DNA of 63,093 nt, filler included, from Octopus bimaculoides (lineage: Eukaryota), in the NCBI RefSeq assembly GCF_001194135.2. It is 9 parts of 8 records of this genome, joined end to end, with 100 filler letters (N's around TTAATTAATTAA, not from the genome) between each part and the next. Parts side by side here need not be neighbours in the genome. Positions count along the whole stretch, not along the records: positions 27,959 to 40,371 come from NC_069010.1; positions 40,472 to 49,888 come from NC_068983.1; 7 more parts are not named here. One strand, given 5' to 3'. Below the pieces are notes generated by a model. It saw only the letters and a list, made by a program, of their open reading frames with translations. It was not told where the DNA came from and ran no database searches. Each line of letters begins with the position of its first letter. Position 1 is the stretch's first letter. The translations under genes were made by a program, and so were the position numbers. Below, piece by piece: positions 38,057 to 49,660 of this stretch.

Positions 38057-38275
38057 AATTCTATATTTAAGAGATGAGGAATTACATGCATTAGTTACAT
38101 TTGACAGATATTTATCCTCATCTTGTTTGTTGTTAACACAACGTTTCGACTGATATACCCTCCAGCCTTCATCAGGTGTCTTGGGGAAATTTCAAACCGG
38201 AGGGTATATCAGCTGAAACGTTGTGTTAACGACAAAGAAGATGAGGACAAATATCCGTCAAATGTAAATAAAAAT
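38057..38275. mobile_element. Family E (HHR-bearing) 3' parts fused as an inverted pair
   Basis: Minus arm 38057-38198 and plus arm 38199-38275 are reverse complements over ggagggtatatcagc.gaaacgttgtgttaac...gatgagga.aaatatc.gtcaaatgtaa. Confidence 0.85.
38135..38180 (-). ncRNA. Minimal type I hammerhead ribozyme (family E), core intact
   Basis: GACAC-CTGATGA-a-GGCTG gagggtatat CAGTC-GAAAC-GTT-GTGTT. Confidence 0.75.
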
Positions 38276-38533
38276 ATTAGATATACTCATATCTTGAGTT
38301 CTATTTTTCCTGTTTGCATCACCATACCCATATATATATATGACTGGCCAGTAGCGTATTTTTCTGCAATAAATGGATAATTTATCCTGATCACGCTATT
38401 TATAGCATTATGACGCGTTTGAGAAATAAATTTATTTCTGTTCTTACAATACATTTCAACGCTTCTAAAAAAGAACAAACTTTGTTTACTTTCATCGTAA
38501 ATTATATATATATATGACCCTAACCCTAACCCT

Positions 38534-38648
38534 ACACTCTCTGAGTGGTTGGTGTTAGGAAGGGCATCCAGCTGTAGAAACTCTGCCAAATTTAGATCGG
38601 AGCCTGGTGTTGCCATCCGGTTTCACCAGTCCTCAGTCAAGTCGTCCA
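38534..38648 (+). mobile_element. Family D tail fragment
   Basis: cactctctgagtggttggtgttaggaagggcatccagctgtagaaactctgcc is the reverse complement of part of 33760-34046. Confidence 0.7.
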
Positions 38649-39019
38649 NNNNNNNNNNNNNNNNNNNNNNNNNNNNNNNNNNNNNNNNNNNNNNNNNNNN
38701 NNNNNNNNNNNNNNNNNNNNNNNNNNNNNNNNNNNNNNNNNNNNNNNNNNNNNNNNNNNNNNNNNNNNNNNNNNNNNNNNNNNNNNNNNNNNNNNNNNNN
38801 NNNNNNNNNNNNNNNNNNNNNNNNNNNNNNNNNNNNNNNNNNNNNNNNNNNNNNNNNNNNNNNNNNNNNNNNNNNNNNNNNNNNNNNNNNNNNNNNNNNN
38901 NNNNNNNNNNNNNNNNNNNNNNNNNNNNNNGAAATAGAGAGTGAAGCAGGGATATTGCATTTGTAGATCCATTATTTAGGCTCTGTTTTTATCTTATCTA
39001 AATTAATTATTGCTTAACC

Positions 39020-39290
39020 ATTTTCTCACACCGTCTCCGATGAAGGGATATAATAAATATCCTGGAAACAGCTGTAAGACCTTCCTTTTATAAATGTTCT
39101 AAAATCTTTCACAGCCTTGGATTTTTATCTCATTCTGAAAAAAACAATTTTTATATATACGCATGTTGATATATGACCTACGTTGGACTCCTTATTCGCA
39201 TAATCACTGAACCTAGAGCTTAACTATGGTCTATCCATAGCACTTACTCAGTATTACCTGAAACCTTTGGGTCTTATTGACACCATTACC
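39020..39290 (+). mobile_element. Family F dispersed repeat with a hammerhead motif (39033-39080)
   Basis: GTCT-CcGATGA-a-GGGATA taataaa TATCCT-g-GAAAC-AGCTGT-A-AGAC with one core substitution; about 250 bp homologous to 51530-51800. Confidence 0.7.
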
Positions 39291-40371
39291 TCTCATGACC
39301 TATATATATTGTGGAGTATCGTGTCCAGTGGAGTAACTTGGAGTACGTTGTGTGAAGACAGTTGTGTCTATTCTCGTTTCGTGAAATCTTTATATCTAAT
39401 GTATGGAAGGATACAAAGGTACGTGTGTATGCATGTGTTTGCGTGTATCTATGTATTTGTGTGTGTGTGTTTCCTTGAATGTATGTATGTGTGTGTATAC
39501 TTGAGTGCATGTATGTATGTATGTATGTGTGTATCTATATATAAGTGTGTGTCTATATGTATTTGTGTGTCTGTGTGTATTTGTGTATGTATGTGTTTGT
39601 GTATCTATGTATTTGTGTGTGTGTGTGTAAGTGTTTGCATATGGATGTTTGTGTGTGTGTATGCTTGCGTATCTGTGTTTGTGTGTGTGTGTGTGTGTGC
39701 ATGTATGTATGTGTGTGTATCTATCTATTTGTGTGCGTGTATGTGTATCAATATATATGCGTGTATGTTAACACATACTTTTTAGATATGTAATACGAGC
39801 AGCACACCAAAGACGATATTAATGTGTACACTTAATTATTGAATGTGTACACTAATTAATGCACAAAAAGTTAATTGCCTGAAATAATGTAGGAATTAAT
39901 AAGTTGACTGCTTACACATTTAAAACACACACACACACACAAACACACTCTCTCTCACTCACACAAACACACTCTCTCTCATACTCACACATAGAAACAT
40001 ACTCTCACTCACACACAGAGAAACACATTCTCTCTTTCTCACACACACACAGAAACACAATCTCTCTCTCTCTCTCTCACACACACACAGAAGCACAACC
40101 TCTCTCTCTCACACACACGCACACATAGAAACACAACCTCTCTCTCTCTCACACTTGCACACACAGAAACACAACCTGTCCCTTTCTCTCTCTCTCACAC
40201 ACACACACACATACACACACACACACACACATACACACACACACACGCGCGCACACACACAAACACACATTATCTCACACACAGACTCTCTCACTCACAC
40301 ACTCATACACACACACATACAAAAACACACACAGAGAAACACACTTTGTCTCTCACAAATGCACAATCTCC

Positions 40372-40471
40372 NNNNNNNNNNNNNNNNNNNNNNNNNNNNN
40401 NNNNNNNNNNNNNNNTTAATTAATTAANNNNNNNNNNNNNNNNNNNNNNNNNNNNNNNNNNNNNNNNNNNN
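40372..40471. other. Artificial contig-join spacer
   Basis: 44 N + TTAATTAATTAA + 44 N. Confidence 0.95.
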
Positions 40472-42696
40472 TGTGTGTGTGTGTGTGTGTGTGTGTTTAG
40501 GTGGTGATAAACATTATTTCTATGCATATATATATATATGTATGTATCTTAAGGAATTACTCCTTTTATCAAATGCAACATCTCTCACTTCCAACTTTAC
40601 CATAGATTTTCATGCCTGGCATCTGTGAGGATTATATTTTATATTATTATTCTTAAGTTAATAATAAGTTTATATACCGTTATTCTTTTATAATGCAGCA
40701 TTAAGGTATATAATCAGTATTATGCTGATAATATATTTGAAATTAACATTAAGATTTTCTTGCTTCTTATATAATGATATTTTCAAAATTTTTAATCTAT
40801 TGAAAGTTGAGACGGTTTGTGTTGGCAAAAAATGAATTACATTAAAATTTTGTACACTGTTAAATAAATCTGATATGGACGGTGGTAGGGTTTGTCTATG
40901 CATAAAACATAGCTGTTCGGGAACTTTTGCAGTGAAAGTATATAATAATGCTTATGTAGAGTTGTAGCTTTTGTACTCCGAGTCTCGAATATGTCGTAAA
41001 TGTGCAGTTTTTGAATAAACTAGACGTGCTGTCTCTTCACAACCTCCATTAAATGTATGTAACCTATTTGTAAGAACATGAAATGCATGTACAACTTCTG
41101 TGGAATTAGTTAGAGACACCAATTCTAGTGCTCGGCTCTAGTAAGCAACAACATGTAAACTACTTCTCACATTTTATTTTTTGTTAACAGTAAACATGGA
41201 GAATATCACTGCAAGAACACACCGCTACTTTTATAAGCATAATGAAGGCTTTATATAATACATAACATCCATCTGCTGTTCACAATAACATGGAGTCTAT
41301 AAACACTCAGGGCTAATTTCTAAAGCCAGCATCTTTAAGAGGAACATTGACATATTTCGAAAACTGCCAGTGGTCAGTTAAATATAAGTGACCTAATATA
41401 AGCAATATTTCTTCCTAGAGAAACCTTGCTGAATTTATTCCGACTCTCTGAGCTCTGGGTGCCAAACCGGTGAGGTCTGCTTTACGTTTCATCTTCTTGA
41501 AGTCGATGAAAACTCCAGATCGTTACATTCGAGGAATTGTAAGAATGTATAACCATGGCAATCAGTATTATTCGTTCCGACTCTTTTAGTTGTGAGTTTA
41601 AATCCTACCGTCGACCGAGTTAACACCACCACCAGATATTTTTGGCACTTTTAGCGGAGACCGCTTTATTATAGCAAGCGTTTGGTGGGGTCTACTGTTT
41701 CAGGATGCCTTCTCCCTGTTTACCATCTGATCCGGAAACTCTAAGCCCTTCATGACAGAGCTTCGCTATTGTCGCAGTCTAATTACTGAAATAAGCAAAA
41801 GAGGGAAAATAAATATGGAGGGAAGAATTTCTCTTCTTTCATTAGCATTGTTTTTAATTGATGCTATGCTTTCATTACGTACTTCTTAGATACTATATTT
41901 GGAATGATTTATTGCAAAGAACATCTGGTCTGTTCAAGTAACTTATGTAAAAGAAAAAAAGAAAATGAAATGGAAAAAAAATCTGATAATATAGATAGAG
42001 ACACAAAAGAAACCATAATTGAGAGACTACACTGGTTGTATTTTTTTGCAACTGGAATTCATTAAATAAGTCATTCATTTTCTTAGTTTCACACAAGCTG
42101 TTCGTATTCAATTTAAACTGAATTACACTTAATTATGTTCTATTTTGTTTCTCGCAATGAATTCTGAGAAACCCCGAGCCGGTTCCATTTCCAAGAGTTA
42201 AAGAGTTAAAATATTGCTTCACATAATTCAATACAGTATATCTAAAATATGGACAGCAGTATTTTAATAAAGTGTTATTCTCAAAATTTCTATAACTGTT
42301 AGCATCTATTCCTTATCAACTACCATCCATCTATCGCACACACTTTCTTATCCTCACCTCATCTCTTTCGCTAACACTATCTCGTTGACAGCCACTATGA
42401 CCATCTCTTAGTCCAAAGGGAAATATAAACATAGATGTTGTCAAATAAACTGTCAAATGAAAATATTTGATGACAGGTCTAAAAAATGTGAGGTGAAATA
42501 AAAGAAACAGTTTATTACGATTTAGCAATCTGATATTGTAATCATTATCAATGCTAATTTGCTCAGATGAACAAAATCCTATGCTAGAAATCGGTTAAAT
42601 TTCCTCTGCAAAGTTTCTCCTCACGACATATCAACATTCGGTTTCATGTACATTATTTACATTCGACGGATATTTGTTCTCATCTTGTTTGTTGTT

Positions 42697-42742
42697 AACA
42701 CAACGTTTCGGCTGATATACCCTCCAGCCTTCTTCAGGTGTC
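42697..42742 (-). ncRNA. Minimal type I hammerhead ribozyme (family E), intact
   Basis: GACAC-CTGAAGA-a-GGCTG gagggtatat CAGCC-GAAAC-GTT-GTGTT; palindromic AACGTT stem III. Confidence 0.78.
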
Positions 42743-43122
42743 TTGGGGGAAAATTTCGAACCTGGGTTCTCATTACCGAGGTATTCTTCGATATTGTTGT
42801 TGTTGCTATTATTATTATTATTATGTTGTTATTTTTCTTCTTTCTTCAAATTTTCTTCCATTTCTCGCCGAGTGTTTTCCATACACCTAGGGCAGAGAAA
42901 CTCGTTGTATGCATTCCCAGTTTACACACGTAAATTCACAGGTAAAACATGTATTTAAGAAAAAAAAAATTATTATTATTCAGGGCACTGCTTGGAATCA
43001 AACTCGTAAACTTGGGGTTAGTAGCCCACGCTCTTAACCACTACGCCATATGCCCGTGGTGGTTAAGAGCGCGGGCTACTAACTCCATAATTCCGAGTTC
43101 GATTCCAAGCAGTGACCTAAGC

Positions 43123-43199
<77 letters not shown>

Positions 43200-43274
43200 T
43201 GATAATAATAATAATAACAACAACATCGAAGAATACCTCGGTAATGAGAACCCAGGTTCGAAATTTTCCCCCAA

Positions 43275-43320
43275 GTCACCTGAAGAAGGCTGGAGGGTAT
43301 ATCAGCCGAAACGTTGTGTT
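43275..43320 (+). ncRNA. Minimal type I hammerhead ribozyme (family E), one stem I mismatch
   Basis: GtCAC-CTGAAGA-a-GGCTG gagggtatat CAGCC-GAAAC-GTT-GTGTT. Confidence 0.72.
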
Positions 43321-43439
43321 AACAACAAACAAGATGAGGACAAATATCCGTCGAATGTAAATAATGTAAATAATGTACGTAATTCCTCATCTCTTAAATA
43401 TAGAACTGTATTCGGTTTGATGGTTTTAGCTTTTGTCTT

Positions 43440-43900
43440 TTACATGTTTCAGTCATAGGGCTGCAGCCATGCTGAAGCACCTGCCTGAAGGCTTTTAGCC
43501 GAATATATTGATCCTAGAAACTGTTTTAATTTTATTACGCTTATTTCTGGCACTTACTCTATCGCTGTCTTTATCGAACCGCTAGAAAAAACGGGGGACG
43601 TAAAGAAACTGAAACCAGTTGTAAAGGGGGTTCGGACAGAAACAAGAATATGTACAAATACACACACACGTATACACACACACATATACACGCAAACACA
43701 CACATACATACAAGCATAAATATATATATATTATATGTATACGATGGGCTTCTATAGTTTCCATCTACCAGCCTACCACATTCATTCACAAAGCATTGGT
43801 CGGTCAGGGAATATACTAGAAGACAGTTTTCCAAGGTGCTATGGGACTGAACTCGAAACGACGTGGCTGCAAAGTAAACTTCCTAACCACATACCCATGC
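43440..43900 (-). mobile_element. SINE family A, degenerate
   Basis: tgtttcagtcat...gcagccatgctgaagcacc through ttccaaggtgctatgggactgaactcgaaac. Confidence 0.7.
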
Positions 43901-45002
43901 AACACTTTCTATAAATCCATTTGACTGTCTTATCTCCAAAATCCCTAATCTTATCTCATACATCCAATGCATGAGTCTGGTTATTAAATCTTTATCATCG
44001 CTAATCTTTTAATCTCTTTGCAATTCAATTAAACTCCATTGTTGATTGCTCATTATTTCAAAATGCAAATATAATTGCTGCAGTAAACGAATTTTCACCT
44101 CGGTCCTCACTAGCCCCAAGCTGTTTTTGTAATTCTTTGAGCCAAACCCGTTTAAAGAACGATAATATAAACGTTACATGTGAAATTAAAACCTTCTTTC
44201 TATTGTCCCTCCTATTTCTTCGAAGAGTGTAGAGTACGAATAACCCTTTAAAAAGAAATGTTTCCGCTGATCGATAGTTAAATATGTGTTTTCAATTTAA
44301 CTTATCAGAAATGTTTTCATGCATTAGCAGTTTAGAAGCCAGGTTACTGTTTTCCATCTCTTATCGATTCAGTTTTATTAGGCATTCGTTTAGAAAGCAA
44401 TCCTGATTCATGAAGTTTTATATTTTATTTCATCAAGAATGTTGATATTCTAAAATAATTAATTCGGCTTCTGTGTGTGATGGACACTCACTTAAAACGT
44501 TAACAGAACATATTCCAGATCGTTTTCTAAACATGTACTATCCAGTAATGACAGAAAAATTTTCCTTATTTTCTTGCTTCTAATTTTTCGTCTCTTCTTT
44601 CCGCTTTCTTTGAACTGTTTCAGACAGATAGACTACTTTTTGATGAAAATTCTCTTTCGATTGCAGTATTCGATCCAAATGCACAAAAGACTTTCCATTT
44701 CAGTTACAATGTTTCTTCTTGCTTGGAAATTCGATAATGAAGGACGACTTTGATTTCATCTTCAAAAGGTATTCCTATTTGGAATAATATCACAGACTTT
44801 TGATTTGCCGAGAGCATGGTTTTAGGCCATTTTAGTTTTTGCGGCAACCTTTTATAAATGCTAATTACTGCTTTTTGTTTCTTTTCTGTCTTTCGTTTTG
44901 GAATCATGCGATGTTCCACTCCATCTTAACACTTTCATCACTTCTATTGACTGTCCTCGTCTAGAATTTTGAATAATATATTATAGGTTTGTTAACTCAG
45001 TA

Positions 45003-45503
45003 CAGTAGTTCCTCGCCATATAGCGATTCACCTATCGCGGTGTATTATTTAAGCTATGTTCCTTATTTACATTATTTACAATTGACGGGTATTCGTCCCC
45101 ATATTGTTTGTTGTGAACACAATGTTTTGGCTGAGATACCCTCCATCCTTCATCAGGTGTCTTGGGGAAATTTCGAACCTGGGTTCTCATTCCTAAGGTA
45201 TTTTTCAATATTGTTATTGTTATTATTATTATTATTATTATTATTCAGGTCACTGCCTGGAATCGAACTCGCGATCTTGGGTTTAGTAGCCCACGCTCTT
45301 AACCACTACGCCATATACCCGTGGTTATATCTCTTAAATATAGAACCTTATTAAGCTATGTTGTTTTGAATTTATAATAAGATAAATATTACAAATTATG
45401 AAAATAATATACAGTTCAATACTGTTTCTACTTCGCGGATTTTCATTTATTGCCGTGGGTTTTGGAACATAACACAACGCCCGCGATAGTCGAGGGATTA
45501 CTG
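45003..45503. mobile_element. Tigger/pogo-type MITE interrupted by family E
   Basis: TA|CAGTAGTTCCTCG ... CGAGGGATTACTG; internal sequence matches 56760-56946. Confidence 0.8.
45061..45350 (-). mobile_element. Family E element with mutated HHR
   Basis: tRNA-like head at about 45248-45324 (minus), (AAT)n, HHR 45116-45161 with GAAACG changed to AAAACA; 12-bp TSD TTAAGCTATGTT at 45049-45060 and 45351-45362. Confidence 0.88.
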
Positions 45504-45664
45504 TCAATAAAATTTACCCCGTATTGTATTCGCACTGTTTGCAAAATAATAGCTAAAATCAAACTCTTGTGTTAAGCTTAAAATCCATTCTTATTGTCTC
45601 TGTATTTAGTTGATATTTCTGTCATACACAAGTCTGATTATTCTGAAATGTAAACACACAAGAT

Positions 45665-45985
45665 GAGTAAGCATAGTGTTTAGGGCATTAGGCTAAGACT
45701 CGCAAGGTCATGAGTTCAATTCCCAGCAGCTCATTGTGTCCTTGAGCAAGACACTTTTTTCTCACGGTTCTCCAGTCCACGACCAGGCAAAACGAGTAGT
45801 ACTTCTATGTTCAAAAGGCCAGCCTTGTCAGATACTGTGTCACGCTGAACCTCCCTGAGAACTACGTTGAGGATTCACGTGTCTGTGGAATGCTCAGCCA
45901 CTTACACATTAATTTCACGAGCAGGATGTTCCGTTGATTGTATCAACTGGTACTCCCGTCGTTGTACACAATGGAGCGCCATTAC
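45665..45985 (+). mobile_element. SINE family C
   Basis: gagttcaattccc..ttgtgtccttgagcaagacact...cacgctgaa.ctccctgagaactacgtt...aatttcacgagcagg. Confidence 0.8.
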
Positions 45986-46236
45986 AAGGACAAAAACTAG
46001 CAAAATATTTAACATAAATTCTTTTATATTTCCTATCAAATGTTGGTGATATGACTCCCAAAACAGCAATACAGTATTACTGTTTTGAGAGTCGTATGTT
46101 TCGGCAGAGAAAGAGTAGTTTTGGCTGTTATTTCTAATTTTCGGTGTGTGGTGAAGCAATACTTGCTGAACCCTAAATTTTTAATTATATATACATACAT
46201 ACATATGTGTATATATNNNNNNNNNNNNNNNNNNNN

Positions 46237-47179
46237 ACAGGTATGTGCGTACCGACATCCACCTGTATGTATAGGTGCATATCTGGGTACAGGACATTGC
46301 AAACAAAACGTAGACGAGAAAACACACAAGCCACATAGAGAACATTCTACTTCATCAGCTACCCCTGTTTTAACACCGGCGTTTCGAAGAGCTAGGCAGG
46401 ACGCATCGTTAAAACAGCTCTTCCCATAGACCGCAAATTAAATTTGTATACACAAATTAAATCTTGCCATGGAGGAATGTAGTGGCGGACAAAAAACAAG
46501 ACAGGAAAACAAACAGAAAAGGCTTTACGGCCAGACGATAAAAATTATTTGTGTATGAACGCTGTGAGGCACGAACTTGAAAGGAACGAAGTAGTTACGC
46601 TTGCTTGCTCAGCGATAGCCAAGGAAGAAAAAGATTATTGACCGGAAGCATGTGACCATGCCGGTGTAAGGGGAAGAGAGAGAGTGGTAGAGGGAGAAAC
46701 AAAGTGAGGAAGTAGAAGAATAGGTGNNNNNNNNNNATGCCGGTGTAAGGGGAAGAGAGAGAGTGGTAGAGGGAGAAACAAAGTGAGGAAGTAGAAGAAT
46801 AGGTGAGCAACGAGAGGAAAGAGAAAGAGAGGAAGTACGAGGGGGAAAAAAAAGATACGTAGAAGTAACAGAGGCAGAACGAGAGGGGTAAAGCGAGATA
46901 CGTAGTAGTAAAGAGGAAGAACGAGAGGGGGAAAAATGATAGAGGATGAGAAAGAGATAGAGCAGCGTCGGAAAATATAAGTTTACGAAAAACTACTTAC
47001 GAATTGGAGACGCTGCGTTCAGTCATGTAAAAACAAATAGTAAATGAGTATATGCATATATACGTACAGGTATGTGCGTACGGACATCCACCTGTATGTA
47101 TAGGTGCATATCTGGGTACAGGACATTGCAAACAAAACGTAGACGAGAAAACACACAAGCCACATAGAAAACATTCTAC
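46237..47179. repeat. 114-bp direct repeats about 830 bp apart
   Basis: 46237-46350 versus 47066-47179, two mismatches by eye. Confidence 0.85.
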
Positions 47180-47904
47180 TAACGTATATATATATTAATT
47201 TAGACATGGCCTGGACCAATCTTTGGTCGAAACAAATCTAAGTTTTATCTAAGTGTATATATATATATATATTCACATGTTTGTGTGTGTATGTGTGTTT
47301 GTATTCTGGTTTGTCCTCCTAAACTACTTGACATCCAGTGCTGTGTTGTGGTCTGGTTTATTCCCCGTCACGTAATTATTCGGCAAAGAGACCAAAAGAA
47401 TGAGTATTCTACTTAAAAACATAAATACCGGGATCGAATTTTTGAAGCCGGTAAAGCGATGCTCCCGCATGACGTTAGTCCGATGTCTGAAGTAAAAGAT
47501 AAAAGATAGCAGAGAGTGCAAGAATAGAATTACTAACAGAATATTATACTTCGTCACATCTTTTGGTCGTTACTCTTCCAAAAATGTCATTCCTTATGCT
47601 CTCGCAATTCAGACATTTCATTTATTCACAAAATATTTTACTGAGCATTCTCTTTCAATTTTTCCACCAATCTCTAATCACAGGTTGGTATTGATTTGTC
47701 CATGACAAATTCATATTTGTTTTCTAGATACCTTAATATTTTGTAGAATATTTCAGCAAGATAAATTTTGAATCTTCTTTCTATTTCATACTAAGTTAAT
47801 TCATTTTAATTACAATCTTGCACACAACATCTAAGTAAAATTCAATAAGCTGATATAGAATTACTTGGGTCATGGTGATTTCGTTCTAATATGAAGTTAA
47901 ACAG

Positions 47905-48105
47905 GCTGACAGAAACGTTAGCACGCCGGGCGAAATGCTTAGCAGTATTTCGTCTGTCTTTACGTTCTGAGTTCAAATTCCACCGAGGTCGACTTTGCTT
48001 TTCATCCTTTTGGGCTCGATAAATTAAGTACCAGTTGCGTACTGGGGTCGATCTAATCGGCTGGCCCCCTTCCCAGAAATTTCGGGTCTTGTGCCTAGAA
48101 TAGAA
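47905..48105 (+). mobile_element. SINE family B
   Basis: gttagcacgccgggcgaaatgcttagc...gaggtcgactttgcttttcatcctttt...actggggtcgatctaatcgg. Confidence 0.85.
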
Positions 48106-48128
48106 GAGAGTATATCGACATTTTCATA

Positions 48129-48545
48129 GGCGCAAGAGTGGCTGTGTGCTAAGTAGCTTGCTTACCAACCACATGGTCTCGGGTTCAGGCCCACTGCGTG
48201 GCACCTCGACCTAGTGTCTTCTACTATAGTCTCGGGCAACCAAAGTCTTGTAAGTGGATTTGGTAGACGGAAACTAGAAGAAACCCGTCGTATATGTATA
48301 TATATATATATGTATATGTGTGTATATATTTGTATGTCTGTGTTTCTCCCCCCCCCCCAACATCGCTTGACAACCGATACTGGTGTGTTTACGTCCTCGT
48401 AACGAAGCGGTTCGGCGAAAGAGACCTATAGAATAAATACTAGGTTTACAAAGAATAAGCTCTGGGGTCGATTTGCTCGACTAAAGGCGGTGCTCCAGCA
48501 TGACCGCTGTCAAATGACTGAAACAAGTAAAAGCGTAAAAGTATG
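48129..48545 (+). mobile_element. SINE family A, full length
   Basis: Head, central microsatellite and tail are all present. Confidence 0.9.
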
Positions 48546-49100
48546 AAAGAGTACCATTACCGTTTAAAAACACCATCTTTTCCAAATACGGACAGTGGAG
48601 TAATATGTGCAAAAGTTAAGTTGTTTTACACATTAATGCACCGTGTTTATATTCTCGTTTTATTTATATCATTTCTGAAATTACAAATGTCGATGATTAT
48701 CTTACCTGTTAAATTATAGATGGCAAAATAAATTCCCCTCGAATGCTAGTCTCATTAAAGGAATGATACATTAGACAATATAGTCCTAGATAGACTATGT
48801 CTGGCATACAGACGTTTTGGGCATGGCTGTAATGTCATCATAGATTTGTTTTCTCAGAGCTACCCTGAGGCTAACAGCATAATTGTATCAATGCTCTACT
48901 ATATTCTCTTTCTCCTTGTTCATGATTCTAGTCTACTAAAATATATTAGTATTCAGTAGCAACTGCAAATTCAAACACACACACACACGCACACACACAT
49001 ACACACACACATACGCACACGCACACCCAAATGTACTCACACTAGAAGTTCTATACACAATACAATAAAATAAAAACTTACATCCATATAAAAAGGTCTC

Positions 49101-49136
<36 letters not shown>

Positions 49137-49599
49137 TTCCAAACTGATTTTTCTGCTTACATAACCACATACTTTAATCATTCACCTTTACTCTAACTCT
49201 GATTATGGAGTGAAGAGAACTCATAGCATACAATCAATACTTGCCCGCAGCATTATGAACCTTGCATAGACACATACACACACACACATACATACGAACA
49301 TTCGTTTCATTACAAAGAACTCACAGACGTCTTATCACATACACACATAGGCACTTAAACACCGAAAGACAACTACTCACACTCTATCAGATACACGAAT
49401 GATATGGTGGGAACGGCAATAAGATAGTGTTTTATAAACAAAACTTTTTGTTCTGAACTATTGTATCTTTTATTCTAATAGTTCACATTTTTTTAATGTT
49501 GATACGTTTTCTTTTAATTCCTTTAACAGATCTTTTAACACTCTCATAACTTTTAGCAAATAACAAGTGCATAATAAATGCAAAATAATAATAATAATG

Positions 49600-49660
<61 letters not shown>

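Larger units (their letters stand above)
42646..43408. mobile_element. Family E: head-to-head inverted pair of tRNA-headed, HHR-bearing elements
   Basis: Minus copy about 42646-43059 and plus copy about 43060-43408; head GGGCATATGGCGTAGTGGTTAAGAGC..GGCTACTAAC...GAGTTCGATTCCA.GCAGTG.CCT (A and B boxes), then (AAT)n, then the HHR. Confidence 0.88.

Noticed and set aside
43030-43120. Functional tRNA genes in SINE heads
   Set aside because: Acceptor and anticodon stems are poorly paired and the heads are embedded in dispersed repeats; treated as SINE heads.
43900-44950. Possible decayed retroelement ORF on the minus strand (includes ORF 44704-44919)
   Set aside because: Many stops and no diagnostic motif that I could recognise.
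46345-46392. Type II permuted hammerhead (GAAAC before CTGATGA on the minus strand)
   Set aside because: Stems I and II do not pair in that topology.
46650-46810. About 70-bp exact tandem duplication
   Set aside because: The copies flank a 10-N gap; likely assembly overlap.
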